The notes beneath the pieces were generated by a model. That model saw only the letters and a program-made list of their open reading frames with translations, searched no databases and was not told the DNA's origin. From a virus: a stretch of 64,000 nt of DNA. Position 1 is the first letter of the stretch. Each line of letters starts with the position of its first letter. Shown here one piece after another: positions 45,073 through 56,026 of this stretch. The position numbers and the translations under genes were made by a program. The DNA is taken from IMG/VR virus record IMGVR_UViG_3300037262_000003, positions 1-64,000 of that record, one strand, 5' to 3'.

Positions 45073-48000
45073 CTATGTTGCGATGCTGGCGATGCCCGCA
45101 TTCGATGTGGTAGCCGATGTGCTGGGCAAGTAGGGTGTCGTGAGACTTGACATGGCAGTGTGAGTAGCCGTGCCCCCGGAGCCTATCACTACTAGTGTAT
45201 TGGCTGAGGTACGGCTGTTCTTGTAGACGAGCACGGACGGTCCAACGAGAGTTCCCGTAGGGATCGTCGTAGTGCTCGTCGTGTTGTTGAATTCGGCGTA
45301 GATCCTGTCACCCGTTGCAGGTGCCGTACCAGTGTACGCCACGACACGTGTAGTGGCCGACTCGACGTAGTAGAGCGCACTTAGTCCGGCCATCCAGAAA
45401 TTGCTCGTGTTCTCATACCAGAAAAGCGCCCCGCAGTCGTCGCCAGCCTGGGCTGGGTTAGACACGGTGACTGCGCTTGTGCCCTGCGCAGCGCTCGCCA
45501 CCACCCCGATAGCGTCAGCATCAGATGTTCCAGCATAAGCAACTCCATTCGTAGAAACTGTCCAAGTCCCAGCGGGGACACTCCATACTGCTGTTGGAAT
45601 GGCAGGCAGACGCCCGGCTAGAGGATAGCCCGCGCCTGTATCGAATCCGTCGAACTGGTAGTTGGTAGGGTAACCGCCCGACGTTGAGCTAGTACGTGCG
45701 AACACGCGGGTTATTATGCTGCCCCATGAGTCGTAGAACTCAGCGAACGGGGTCACCGTTGTTGACACTGTTGGGGTGAATCCCAGATCAGAGATGGCAT
45801 AGCCTGACATGGTGACAGGCAGACGATGATCTGCTCCAAGCGGAGCCCACTCAGGAGTTGCCACGCAGGTCAGCTCCACAAGATCCCAGTAGGTAGTCAC
45901 ACCTGACGCTGCATTAGTCGGGTTGATGTACACAGTTCCTGCGTTGTTGGGAACTGTGAACACATTTGAGATGGCAGTCCAGGTGCTTGTGGCCAGGACC
46001 ACGGCAGTCGGGAACGCCCCAGACAAGTACGTGCCGAACGGGTCGTTCCAGTTAGCGTGGAGCGACACCGATGGTGTTCCAGTGGATGCGAAAGCCAGCG
46101 CGGTAGCGACGTACGTCGCACCAGGGATGGCCGGTACATTCTCGGGGAAGGCATATCCGTTTACCGCAGTCGATACCAGCGACATAGAGTGCGTGCCATG
46201 GTATGCAAAGGAGGCAGACTGTGTGACCGTGGCATTGTTGCCCTGCCAAGGGGTGATGCCCGTCTCGAAGTCGTAGTTCTGGTTGAGTACAACCTGCTGT
46301 CCCGGTGGCGTGGCTCCTGTGCTCTGACGCAGGGCGATGAAGTTGGTGTTCCCGAATGACACAACCTGGTTGGTCTGGTAAGTCGTGGTGCTATTCCAGG
46401 GCTGAATCCCAGACGGCACTGGCACACCGTGCTCGATTACTAGCTGAGGGTCAGGATACAACGCGGTAGCGGTAACACCTGCGGTTGACCTAGCAACAGA
46501 CCTTAGCAGGGCGTTGGTTATAGTGCTGCCAGTGTTGTTGTTGACGCGGAACGTGTTGCCGTAGCCATTAGGCCCGGTGACCGGTGTGGTTCCTGACTCT
46601 GCCCATGCCTGAGGAGTCGGGAAACCGACTCCCATTGCAGAAGCGTAGGCTGCACCGGATGCGTTAGTGAACTCCCACGTGCCCGAATTCGATGCCAGAC
46701 CGGAGATGCTGATAGGAACGTTGTACTCGGCACCGTTCTTATCGCCGCCGTAGACGGCGGTCCAGTAAGTCGTCGCGCTCAGAGAACCCGAAGGCTGCTC
46801 GTTCTCATTAGCCAGAATGCAGACGTAAAGGTACGGCCCGTTGACACTCTGGGACCAGTTGGCTGTAGTCGTCGGGAGGACCTGCGTCGTGTTGGCTACC
46901 GTGCAGGTGTAGAACAGGTCGTTGTACATCACGACAGATCCTACGTTATAAGTACTTACAACACTCCATGACTGCGCTACAGGGAAGGTCACCAGATTGC
47001 CTGCGACATAAGACATGTTGGCAGACCAGGGAGCGGTCCTAGGATCATCGGGTTCGCTCTGGTCATCATCGAGCATGAAGTTGCGAGTCGTCTGAATGTC
47101 AGCCTGGTAGCCCGTCAGCAGTGTGATGTGCTCTGCGATGCCCGCAAGTGTGCCGCGCTCCTGCATGACACGGCCCCAGAACAGGGCAGCCTTACGTGTG
47201 GTGTAAGCCGGAAGCTCTGGGTTATACGGCAGGCCGATCTCAGCGCAAAGATTCTCAAGATCCCCGAGGCTCATGGTCATGGGGTTGTTGAGGGAGTTGA
47301 ACTTCTGATCGTACTGCGACTTAACAAGGTCAAGCCCCATGCCCACTACTGCCAGGAACTGAGGCAGGGCTTGGTTGTCAGGCTGTTCAGCCCTGTTGAC
47401 CCACTGCCATTCGGGCGCACTTGAGTAGGAGATAGTCACACTGCCGTTAGCGGGAAGCGTGAAGAACGACTGCATACCAAGCGGAATGTTGTTAACCAGG
47501 ACATTGCAGGCGAAAGATAGCCATACGTCAACGTCGTAGCTGTAAGGGTTTGAGACATTTCCGCCAGACGATGGCATAGTGGGCGCGGGTACGGGAATGT
47601 CTGTGACAACCGTGTCTATGGTCTGGCTCTGGAAGAACGCAGGCAGATCCTGCATGAGCTTGATGTCATAACCGTAGTAGTAAGGCATGAGACCGGCGGT
47701 GAAGCCACCGCGAAGCCATACCCCGGCGGACAGTACGTAGATCCCGTAGTACTGGACCGTTCCAGGGCTGGGAGAGGTGTCAACGTACGAGTAAGGGTAC
47801 GACGGAGGCGCACCTGTGACATCTAGGACAATGGTTCCGTCATTCTCGTCAACCGGGAATCCCCAGGTGTTGGAGATCAGACGGAACTCAGTCACAGTTG
47901 CGTTAGTGCCCGGCCCGAGAGGACCCCAGGTCACAAGAATGTTGCCGTAGTCCTGAACGGTAGCAGCCATACCCGGAAAGATATAGGCCGTGTTGACTAC

Positions 48001-48093
48001 CGGGATGGTGATCTGTGAGCCAGGGTAGTTCCCGGTGGGCGGAGTCGGCCCGTAAGTAGACAGACCGTAGTCGTCATAGCCATAAGTCGCCAC
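45073..48093 (-). CDS. Baseplate wedge / tail protein with CBM5/12-like repeats
   Basis: P2 gpI-like segment (RGT..GI...I..LTG); W.....Y..G..V repeats. Confidence 0.75.
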   Translation of the reverse strand: MATYGYDDYGLSTYGPTPPTGNYPGSQITIPVVNTAYIFPGMAATVQDYGNILVTWGPLGPGTNATVTEFRLISNTWGFPVDENDGTIVLDVTGAPPSYPYSYVDTSPSPGTVQYYGIYVLSAGVWLRGGFTAGLMPYYYGYDIKLMQDLPAFFQSQTIDTVVTDIPVPAPTMPSSGGNVSNPYSYDVDVWLSFACNVLVNNIPLGMQSFFTLPANGSVTISYSSAPEWQWVNRAEQPDNQALPQFLAVVGMGLDLVKSQYDQKFNSLNNPMTMSLGDLENLCAEIGLPYNPELPAYTTRKAALFWGRVMQERGTLAGIAEHITLLTGYQADIQTTRNFMLDDDQSEPDDPRTAPWSANMSYVAGNLVTFPVAQSWSVVSTYNVGSVVMYNDLFYTCTVANTTQVLPTTTANWSQSVNGPYLYVCILANENEQPSGSLSATTYWTAVYGGDKNGAEYNVPISISGLASNSGTWEFTNASGAAYASAMGVGFPTPQAWAESGTTPVTGPNGYGNTFRVNNNTGSTITNALLRSVARSTAGVTATALYPDPQLVIEHGVPVPSGIQPWNSTTTYQTNQVVSFGNTNFIALRQSTGATPPGQQVVLNQNYDFETGITPWQGNNATVTQSASFAYHGTHSMSLVSTAVNGYAFPENVPAIPGATYVATALAFASTGTPSVSLHANWNDPFGTYLSGAFPTAVVLATSTWTAISNVFTVPNNAGTVYINPTNAASGVTTYWDLVELTCVATPEWAPLGADHRLPVTMSGYAISDLGFTPTVSTTVTPFAEFYDSWGSIITRVFARTSSTSGGYPTNYQFDGFDTGAGYPLAGRLPAIPTAVWSVPAGTWTVSTNGVAYAGTSDADAIGVVASAAQGTSAVTVSNPAQAGDDCGALFWYENTSNFWMAGLSALYYVESATTRVVAYTGTAPATGDRIYAEFNNTTSTTTIPTGTLVGPSVLVYKNSRTSANTLVVIGSGGTATHTAMSSLTTPYLPSTSATTSNAGIASIAT

Positions 48094-48103
48094 GGATTCC
48101 CCC

Positions 48104-48778
48104 TTACGACTTTAGGAAGTACGCTGATAGATTCATACTCTGGACTGCCAGAGGGTTGACGTTAGTGAAGTTGCCCGACGATACCCCTATGACCGTGCCC
48201 GGACCTACCCAGCCTACGTACGTGGCTTCATTGTGCCCGTCAAGGTTAAGGAACCTCTCACCATAGGCGTTCGATCCAGAGCCAGGGAACTGACTGTAGC
48301 TAAAGATATCACGGCGCAGCACAGCGCCATTGGACATTAGCTGCATCATGACCCAGCCCGAGCCAGCGTAGGCCCAGCGCTGGAATGCGTGGAGAATCCA
48401 CACACCACCGTCCACGATAGTAATGGTCCCACTGCCGTTAAGGTAGTTTCCCCAGCCTGTCGTGGTAGTTCCGAAGGGGTTAGCCACGGCGTGGAAGGTG
48501 CTCACGTCTGTGCTGTGCGCCACATTCCAGTTGGTGTTCCTTGAGATCTCAACAAAAGGATGTCCAGTCTGAGCCTGAGCTGCCGCAAGACGAGCAGACA
48601 TAGAACTGAATGTCTTGGTCGCACCGTTGACTGCGAAGGACTCGATCTGAGGGTTAGGACCGATGTAGGTCTCAAGGGCGGCGATCTCAGCAGCCAGAGC
48701 GTTAGGGTCGGCAGCCCACACAGTCTCGCCATCGATCCTCTGCGTCCAGTTGACTACTGACGTAGGATATGAAGCCAT
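48104..48778 (-). CDS. Minor tail / fibre-associated protein
   Basis: Position; MA.YP.SV...V.A...N.L..EI.A.E N-terminus. Confidence 0.65.
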   Translation of the reverse strand: MASYPTSVVNWTQRIDGETVWAADPNALAAEIAALETYIGPNPQIESFAVNGATKTFSSMSARLAAAQAQTGHPFVEISRNTNWNVAHSTDVSTFHAVANPFGTTTTGWGNYLNGSGTITIVDGGVWILHAFQRWAYAGSGWVMMQLMSNGAVLRRDIFSYSQFPGSGSNAYGERFLNLDGHNEATYVGWVGPGTVIGVSSGNFTNVNPLAVQSMNLSAYFLKS

Positions 48779-50301
48779 TAGATACCGCCGCTCACACTCA
48801 AAGTAAAGTTGCCGGGCACTGGGATCTCGAATGCACGGAGCTGAATCGGGTTGGTGTTCGTCTGGGGTGCGTCTTCACGCGAGATGATAGTCACCACTGC
48901 GTATGCCACGCCCGCCACTCCTAGTATTGTCCCGTAGATTCCGCCGACAGTGAGAAGCTGCCCGAACGTGGTGTTGGGGTTGCTCAGCATGGTGTTCAGG
49001 GATGACTCCACGGATGCCAGCACGCCCGAGTTGCTGTAGCTAGGAAGAACCTGAATGCTGGCGGTGACATCTACTGCCACAAGAGTAGGGGCGGCGGCAC
49101 TGACAGTCACGCCAGCCAGGGTCTTGCCCACGAAGGCAGCCAGTACGGAAGCCTGCTGTGTCGAGCTTGCAGGCTGGTTGTTGTTGCCCATGAGGTACAA
49201 CGTCACGCTAGTGCTGTGCAGAGCTACCGCTGCCACCGTCGTGATGCCAGGGACGTTCTCAGCGATGGACTCGAAGTCGTCAAGAGAGACTGCTCTCTGT
49301 ATCGTAGTGAACGCAGCAGGTGCATTGGCGCGGATCTGATCGTTGGTCTCGGGGTCAGTTCCGCCTGTCATGGCGGTCGATACGTAGGCGTTGGAGATGA
49401 GCTGCGTGGCAACGCCCGTGATTGGGGTCAGGAAGGTACCAACGCTGCCCGCTGAGACGTTCCCAGCACTTCCCTGACCAACTCTGTAGGTAGCGGTGAT
49501 AGTCCCCCCAGAGACCGGTATAGCCCCGTTAACGTTGTCCCCGAACTGGACCCATGTCAGGCCGGTCGAGTCAAGGTACGTAGTGTAAACCAGATCACCA
49601 GGACCGAAGTCCCCTAGGAACTGCACGTAGCTCCACTGTACCGCTGTGCCACCTACGGCGGTGACCTGAACAGAGACAGTGCCGTCGATGATGCCAGTCT
49701 GAGGCAGGCTGAATGCCTGCGCGGCAGTGCCAGCAGACGTGCCTACAGTGTAGTTCGATATTGTCTCACCCTGCGTTACTGTGAGCGTGAGTGTTCCGCC
49801 GTTGGCTGGTACCAGGTAAGAAGCCTGGCCCGGATCGATCTCGTAGACCACAGTCGTGTCGGTGATGGCGTTGAAGCCAGTCATGAGCTGGGTCAGCGGA
49901 GGCACAGTAGTAGCAGGTGAGCCCGCGAAGGTCTGTAGGGTCACGCTTCCGATAGCAGGAGTGCCATTGGATACCGTGTATCCCAATAGCGCTGCGATGT
50001 TTAGCAGACTCTGGCGCTGTGTGGCAGTCGGAAGGTATGCCTCCTGGCTGATCCTATCGCCATAGTAGGACAGGATATCACCCTCGTAGGCGAATGCCTC
50101 GATGATGGCCAGGCCGATGTCACCCTCAGAGGTTCCAATGTCCCAGCCCGGCATTGCTGTCGCGACGTAGGTCTGCAATGATGACATGAATCCCAGGAAG
50201 TCCTTGGACGTATAGTCCACGGACGCAGGGATGGTAAGCCCTGTGATGACCGGGGGAGTCGCGAAAGGATTAGTTGTTACCATTGGTGATTGTTCCCCCA
50301 A
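48778..50301 (-). CDS. Baseplate J-like wedge protein
   Basis: DYTSKDF, E.YLPTA..R.S, FGD...G.IP, GG.D.E....IR..AP, RAVS..DF. Confidence 0.92.
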   Translation of the reverse strand: MGEQSPMVTTNPFATPPVITGLTIPASVDYTSKDFLGFMSSLQTYVATAMPGWDIGTSEGDIGLAIIEAFAYEGDILSYYGDRISQEAYLPTATQRQSLLNIAALLGYTVSNGTPAIGSVTLQTFAGSPATTVPPLTQLMTGFNAITDTTVVYEIDPGQASYLVPANGGTLTLTVTQGETISNYTVGTSAGTAAQAFSLPQTGIIDGTVSVQVTAVGGTAVQWSYVQFLGDFGPGDLVYTTYLDSTGLTWVQFGDNVNGAIPVSGGTITATYRVGQGSAGNVSAGSVGTFLTPITGVATQLISNAYVSTAMTGGTDPETNDQIRANAPAAFTTIQRAVSLDDFESIAENVPGITTVAAVALHSTSVTLYLMGNNNQPASSTQQASVLAAFVGKTLAGVTVSAAAPTLVAVDVTASIQVLPSYSNSGVLASVESSLNTMLSNPNTTFGQLLTVGGIYGTILGVAGVAYAVVTIISREDAPQTNTNPIQLRAFEIPVPGNFTLSVSGGI

Positions 50302-50686
50302 CGCTCATGGTGGCCTGCTGGTAGATCGGAGTCGTCGCAGTGCCCACTACGTTGACGTTGCTTGAAGAGTACTGAACGTTGACAGCGGCCAGCCCGGACT
50401 GTGCGTCAGTTGACTGTGCAGGAGTGACATTCTCGATGTCAATGTTGGGTTCCCACTGAGAGAAGGCATCGATAACGTCATTCTGTACAACATTTAGCAG
50501 GATAGGGTCGTTGTTTCCAAACACTAGGCCCGCGAGGTTCAGTCCGTAGCTAGCTAGCATGACCCTCTCACCGATGACGGTGGAGATCAGACTCTGGACA
50601 TGCTGATCAGTGACGGCAGCAGTATCGCTGACCGTCGCAATGATACCGTTCGGGCCGAGCTGGAACGGAAGCAAAATCTCTGTCAT
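50270..50686 (-). CDS. Baseplate wedge gp25/gpW-like protein
   Basis: T..GERVM...YG, WEP. Confidence 0.88.
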   Translation of the reverse strand: MTEILLPFQLGPNGIIATVSDTAAVTDQHVQSLISTVIGERVMLASYGLNLAGLVFGNNDPILLNVVQNDVIDAFSQWEPNIDIENVTPAQSTDAQSGLAAVNVQYSSSNVNVVGTATTPIYQQATMSVGGTITNGNN

Positions 50687-50701
50687 ATCATAAGAATACC
50701 G

Positions 50702-52327
50702 TTACGCTCCCTTGCGGGTGAATACGCTTCCGTAGTTGGAGGCAGTCTGGGTAGTTCCCGAGGGATTACCCCCCCAGGAGCTATCCAAGGCGATAGTATT
50801 CGACACTGTGGTGTTAAACGCGACATTCGTTGCCTGGCTGGACAGGAACCACGCGTCAGTGCTAGCCCCGCCCTGAAGATTTCCAGTAAACGCCACTCCA
50901 CCCTTGATGAAAATGTTGACCACGCCAGACGTACCAGTCGATATGACGACCATCCTCAACCGGATCTCTCCGGTGTACGTTGTGCTCGGGGCCATTGCTG
51001 TTGCGCCGATAATGTCACCACCGGAAGTAGACACAGCAGTACCGTTGAGGCTGGGCTTGTACCCGTATGTCTCGACTGTCGTCCAGGTAGTAAAGCTGAA
51101 TGGAGTCTCTATCTCGTAGATGGTCCCGACCTGGGCGTCATTAGCAGGGATGGACCACTGCCTGGTCATCGGATTGTATCCGGTGAGGTTGGCGTTGTTG
51201 TCTACGGTATTATCGGCCTGGGTGATGAGAGTGTATCCAGAAAGAGCCGAATGAGGTGAGGTGACTCCGCCCGATAGCGCGATGGGCGCATTGGCTGTGA
51301 TCTCGGATGAGTTCCAGACTAGTATTTCCAGGGCTCCCGCCGCAGAGATCGACATGAGGTAGCCCTCACATAGATGACCGGCTGCCAGACCCGTCTCACT
51401 GCTCAACAGGGCTATTCCGACACCCTTGCTATCTGCTGTGCTGACCGGGCCAGTCAACCACGACACAATCTGCTCGGTAGAACCCGATCCCTGAGCCCAT
51501 GTCTGAAATTTTGCCGGTGTTAGCTCGACAGTAGTACCTGTTGCCTGGACGTGAGCAGCCGATGATCCGTTAAGGGTGTCTCCGAATACAGTCAAAGCCG
51601 AGTAAGCATTGCTTGACCCGGTACCATACGTGGCCACTCCCGAAATGTATTGATTGCCATCCGCCTCAGGCACGTTGATTATCTCATAGTCGTTCCCGGG
51701 CACGGGGGACACGGAGGCGTCGAGGTTTCCGGATGCCGGTGTTCCAGTATAGGCGAGGATCTGCCCGCTGGTTCCGTCCGCGATAAACGTAGCTCCGGTG
51801 ATTGTGCCGCCTGTGATGTCGGGCTCAACCACACCCAGAGGGTTAGTTCCTGCGCCGCTCTGCGCTGAGGTCACCCAGGAGAATGTGGATGTGCCCGAGT
51901 TGAACGTCCAAATCTGGGCAGGACCGTAGAATGTGGTGCCGTCCACTGCAAAGGTCTCGTACCAGACATCCCCGATCTTAGGGTCAGCGGGAGCGCTCGG
52001 AGTGTAGTAAACCGCAGTGATCCCTGCATTGATTATGGGGTCAAGATCAAGCGGGCCGATCCATGCGGGCTGAGAAGGATCACCGCCAATGAACGAGCAG
52101 GCCACTGTGGTCGTGTTATTGGGAATCGAATAGTACGTTCCCAGCGGCACAGCCCAGGCAGACACAGAGTTGCCCAGAACCTGAGGCACATTCAACTGGA
52201 GACGGCCCACGCCAAGAGGGTCATCGTTATTGATGACAGTTCCGGCGTAGATACCTGGCCATAGTGGTACTGTGCCCTCGCCTGCGCTGGGTAGATAAGT
52301 ACTTCCGTTGTTGACTGGGGTTGTCAT
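50702..52327 (-). CDS. Baseplate spike (gp5/gpV OB-fold) with a C-terminal extension
   Basis: GIY.G.V....DP...GR....VPQV...WA.P...F..GDP..P.W.G. Confidence 0.85.
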   Translation of the reverse strand: MTTPVNNGSTYLPSAGEGTVPLWPGIYAGTVINNDDPLGVGRLQLNVPQVLGNSVSAWAVPLGTYYSIPNNTTTVACSFIGGDPSQPAWIGPLDLDPIINAGITAVYYTPSAPADPKIGDVWYETFAVDGTTFYGPAQIWTFNSGTSTFSWVTSAQSGAGTNPLGVVEPDITGGTITGATFIADGTSGQILAYTGTPASGNLDASVSPVPGNDYEIINVPEADGNQYISGVATYGTGSSNAYSALTVFGDTLNGSSAAHVQATGTTVELTPAKFQTWAQGSGSTEQIVSWLTGPVSTADSKGVGIALLSSETGLAAGHLCEGYLMSISAAGALEILVWNSSEITANAPIALSGGVTSPHSALSGYTLITQADNTVDNNANLTGYNPMTRQWSIPANDAQVGTIYEIETPFSFTTWTTVETYGYKPSLNGTAVSTSGGDIIGATAMAPSTTYTGEIRLRMVVISTGTSGVVNIFIKGGVAFTGNLQGGASTDAWFLSSQATNVAFNTTVSNTIALDSSWGGNPSGTTQTASNYGSVFTRKGA

Positions 52328-53505
52328 CAGGCTCCGTTGGCTATGCCGTCAACAATCACAGTCTGCTGCGATGCCTGCCATACGCCCTTATTGCTGACGC
52401 AGGAGACTATCTCCGGTGAGACTGTGACTATATTCTTGTAGGCCGGGACTGGCCCGCCACTGTTTCTTAGGATGTCTACTTGTGTAGTGTACTTGTCGAG
52501 TGTGGCCAAGGGTGAACCTGACATCAAGAGAAGATGTCTTGTCCTGGATATCACCCAGTACCCAATATTACCAGCGGGCAGGGCGTTACCATCTAGGTAA
52601 ACAATCTTGCCGGGATAGAGGCCCTGGTCACCGAAGAACTCAGCGGAAGCCCCGATCCAGAACTGACTAAGGCCAGCCCATGCGTTGATGACCTGCTGAC
52701 CTTCGCCTATGCTGGTGACTGATCTCGTAGTGTTGACAATAGTAGGTCCGCTTCCTCCTGTGGAGTTGGAGATGAGGTTGCCAGTAGCTCCGTCAATTCC
52801 GTAGACGACACGATTTGCCACAGTTGCTCCGGGTAGGTTATTTCCCTGGAGGACGGTGAAGTCTCGCATGGTGTCCTGCTGAAGCTGGGACTTGTCCTGC
52901 TGGAACGTAGACACATTCTGGTTGAATCCTCCCATGAAGTAGATCGCGGGGTCCACGAAGTACAGCGTGCCATTGCTGCACCAGAATCTGTACCCCGTCT
53001 TCTGGGCGAGATAGTTCATGAACTGGAAGTCAGACATGTTGGCCTGGGTCAACTGATTCTGTATCTGAGCGCCCGACGTTACGACACAGCGAAATCCGTA
53101 CTTCTTGGCCATGGACTTAGCCACGAACGTGCCAGTGACATTACCCCACTGATAGCTCTGCTGGGTGTTCATGGGATAGCTAGTCCCGATGCAGTAGTAA
53201 GTGATCTGAAGATTGTGCGAGCCCGACTCTGCGTTCGACTTCATCTCGTAGTGGTTCAAGTACCCGTACCAGGTCATGAGCGCACCCGAAGACTGGCCCC
53301 AAGTCATAGTGATCAGGGCGTCAGAGGGCCATGTCACGATAGAAGACATGTCCTCACCACGGTTGTATTCGATACGCATGGCTGCGATGTCGTGCATACC
53401 CCAGCACATGTCAAGTGAGACGTTAAGTATCACATCTGATACAGGCACGCCGTTTACGGTCACTGCGTAAACGACGGGTGCTACTGGTATTAGCGTGGAC
53501 GCCAT
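52327..53505 (-). CDS. Baseplate hub (gpD/gp27-like)
   Basis: Q...SDFQF...LA...GYRF.....LYF. Confidence 0.82.
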   Translation of the reverse strand: MASTLIPVAPVVYAVTVNGVPVSDVILNVSLDMCWGMHDIAAMRIEYNRGEDMSSIVTWPSDALITMTWGQSSGALMTWYGYLNHYEMKSNAESGSHNLQITYYCIGTSYPMNTQQSYQWGNVTGTFVAKSMAKKYGFRCVVTSGAQIQNQLTQANMSDFQFMNYLAQKTGYRFWCSNGTLYFVDPAIYFMGGFNQNVSTFQQDKSQLQQDTMRDFTVLQGNNLPGATVANRVVYGIDGATGNLISNSTGGSGPTIVNTTRSVTSIGEGQQVINAWAGLSQFWIGASAEFFGDQGLYPGKIVYLDGNALPAGNIGYWVISRTRHLLLMSGSPLATLDKYTTQVDILRNSGGPVPAYKNIVTVSPEIVSCVSNKGVWQASQQTVIVDGIANGA

Positions 53506-53554
53506 TACGATACCGTTCCGATGTACTTGAAGACATTACCCATTAGTCCCATGT

Positions 53555-53836
53555 CTATGAGACCGGGATTCTGATCTGGACTCCGACTGGCAAGACTGAC
53601 CAGTCAATGATAACGTCCGGATTGATGTCAGCGATCTGCCACCACAGGGAAGAGTCGCCTAGATACGTGTTCGCCAAATTATCCAGCCTGTCAAAGCCCG
53701 TGACTGTATGAAGCATGAATGAGAACTGTGTGGACTCAGGCTCGGGCAGGGTGATGGTCGTCCTGTTGATGCCGTCAGAGCCTGTGATCATGACCAGAGG
53801 ATCGTTGGCGTACCTGCTGTTTGTTGTGATTGCCAT
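53555..53836 (-). CDS. LysM / tail X-like baseplate protein
   Basis: SRY...DRLD.LA..YLGD..LWW.IAD.NP...G..IRIP. Confidence 0.88.
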   Translation of the reverse strand: MAITTNSRYANDPLVMITGSDGINRTTITLPEPESTQFSFMLHTVTGFDRLDNLANTYLGDSSLWWQIADINPDVIIDWSVLPVGVQIRIPVS

Positions 53837-55971
53837 TAGCCTGTCACTCCCGCTGCGATGTTCCTGATGACTGCGCTCTTGGTCAGCCCGGTCTCTACTG
53901 CCTGAACCAAAGCAGCGGCGGTTGACTGCACATCAGGAGAGTTGTTGGTGCCCGACGTTAGGCCGCTTCCGTTGGTGGTCATTGTGATGGAACCGCTCTG
54001 GAAGATGATAGACAGTCCGGAACCACCAGAACCACCTATGCCTCCCGAGAATGAAGGCTGTAGCATCTTGGCAGTCTGTGCAGCGTTGATGATCTGCTGT
54101 CCGCCGGACATGGCCACGACTTCAGGGCCACGCTCACCGACAACTGCAAGACCGGGCTTGGTACTGCTAGACCCGTCCGAGTACCAGTTGTACTGACGCT
54201 CATGCGCCCAAGCAGTCTCGGGATCTCCATAGCGCTGCTTGATGTACTTAAGACCTGCCTGGATCTGGGTCGCAGGATCACTGCTCTTGGAATAACCTAC
54301 AGTGCCCCATGTCGTGTTGAGGAACTGGGCAATACCATACGCGGTAGAGGTCGGATTCTGGGCAGTGTTGTTCCATCCCGACTCCTGGTTCCACAGCGAT
54401 ACCAGGTCGTCCCATTCAGTGCCAGAGTTCCATCCCTTGTAAGAAGAGTTCACCGAGATGATGTTCTTGGCCATGGCCTGGTTCTGCGATGCCGAGCTTG
54501 ACGACGCACCAGTGTTGCCCGCTCCGCTACCACCGCTAGATGTGGAGTATCCAGTGAGGTCAGCAGCGAGGCCCGTGATGTCCTTGCCTAGGCTGCTGAC
54601 ATTGCCAGCGATAGCGTCAATGACTGTGTTGGAAATACCACCAGCACCTGCCCCGATTACGCCCGAAGAGTTAAGAGATCCCACAGCGCCAGCGAATCCC
54701 GAGGTACCTGCCATGGACTGCAATCCCTTGGCCAGGGCAGCGGTGAACTTGTTGATCATCCCGGTAGCATCCTGTAGACCCTGCGTGAACGCCTGGTTTC
54801 CGCCAGCCTCAGCACCTGTCTGACCTGCCTGGGCCTGAGTCATGGACTGTAGTAGAGACTGGCTCATGCCATGCTGACTCAGCCAGGACTGGGCCGCCTT
54901 CTGCTGAGAAGCCGATCCGTTCATGTACTGGCCGACTTCGTTCTGCATCTGGTTCATCGTCGTCTTACTGCCGACGACGGCCGTGTTCTCCTGTGCCCAC
55001 TGCTGTGACCATGTGTTGTACTGAGACTGGCTCATGCCAGTGGCGTCCATGATCTGCATCTGGAACAGAGGGTTGTCTAGGTTAGCTGAAAGGTTCTGGC
55101 TATTGAATGTGCCAGTAGCGGAGTTGTATCCCTGGAATCCGAATCTCTGCCCGATAGCGCCTTCGACGGCGTTGATGTTGTTGGTCTTGCCAGTGCCGAG
55201 CTGGAGAGGGGTGGTGTTAACACCCATCATCATAAGGTTGTATGACGTGCTGGCGTTGTAAAACTGCCCGGCTACACCTGCTGAGCTAGCCATTCCAAGG
55301 CCGGGGTTAGCCATGGCAGTAGTTGCGGCAAGACCGAATGCCCCATTGCCTCTGCCGTATGTTCCTCCAGCAGGTGCGGTGTAATTCGCCTGTCCCGAGA
55401 TCTGCGACAGGAGCTGTCCTCCGAGACGGGCGTCACTTGCCGATGTGGCCATGTTGTTCTGTGTGAGGTTTGCGCCGTTTCCACCGCCGAATGCCGTGGT
55501 GATGGCGGACTTCGACGAGACGTTCCAGAATGCAGCCTGGGTGTAGCCGTATGTGTTGATCGTGGCCTGGTTGTTTAGCTGCGCAGCACCGGCAGCGAAC
55601 TGCCCGTTGACGGCAGAACTTGCAACGTTGACAAGGGCCTGAGCACCCGATCCGCTACCACCTGTGATACTGAAAGGGTTAACGCCTGACGTACCGCCTG
55701 ATCCGTTGTATCCGCCCGATCCTAGATTGCTGGCAGCACCATTAGACCCGCCACCCGCTCCTGCGTATGATCCACCGGAGAATGCCACTCCCTGAGCCGC
55801 AAGACTAGACGACATGGCAGGACTAGTAGTCATGCCGTTGCCGTTAGAGATACCCTGGATGGCAGTAGTCAGTCCGTCCATTGTGCTGTCAAGACGGTCA
55901 ATGGACTGCTGAAGGTCTGCCGACCCTGAGAGTACGCCCCCCATGGGGTCTGACTGCGATGGTGTGGTCAT
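53836..55971 (-). CDS. Tape measure protein with a C-terminal lytic transglycosylase domain
   Basis: G/A/S/Q-rich; LW.QESGWN..A.NP.STAYGIAQF...QI.AGL.YI..RYG; VGE.GPE; GAAAGAGG RBS before ATG 55971. Confidence 0.85.
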   Translation of the reverse strand: MTTPSQSDPMGGVLSGSADLQQSIDRLDSTMDGLTTAIQGISNGNGMTTSPAMSSSLAAQGVAFSGGSYAGAGGGSNGAASNLGSGGYNGSGGTSGVNPFSITGGSGSGAQALVNVASSAVNGQFAAGAAQLNNQATINTYGYTQAAFWNVSSKSAITTAFGGGNGANLTQNNMATSASDARLGGQLLSQISGQANYTAPAGGTYGRGNGAFGLAATTAMANPGLGMASSAGVAGQFYNASTSYNLMMMGVNTTPLQLGTGKTNNINAVEGAIGQRFGFQGYNSATGTFNSQNLSANLDNPLFQMQIMDATGMSQSQYNTWSQQWAQENTAVVGSKTTMNQMQNEVGQYMNGSASQQKAAQSWLSQHGMSQSLLQSMTQAQAGQTGAEAGGNQAFTQGLQDATGMINKFTAALAKGLQSMAGTSGFAGAVGSLNSSGVIGAGAGGISNTVIDAIAGNVSSLGKDITGLAADLTGYSTSSGGSGAGNTGASSSSASQNQAMAKNIISVNSSYKGWNSGTEWDDLVSLWNQESGWNNTAQNPTSTAYGIAQFLNTTWGTVGYSKSSDPATQIQAGLKYIKQRYGDPETAWAHERQYNWYSDGSSSTKPGLAVVGERGPEVVAMSGGQQIINAAQTAKMLQPSFSGGIGGSGGSGLSIIFQSGSITMTTNGSGLTSGTNNSPDVQSTAAALVQAVETGLTKSAVIRNIAAGVTG

Positions 55972-56026
55972 CGGGCCTCTTTCTCGTAATATGATTAGTA
56001 TATCTTCTACAAGCTTGGAGTCCCCT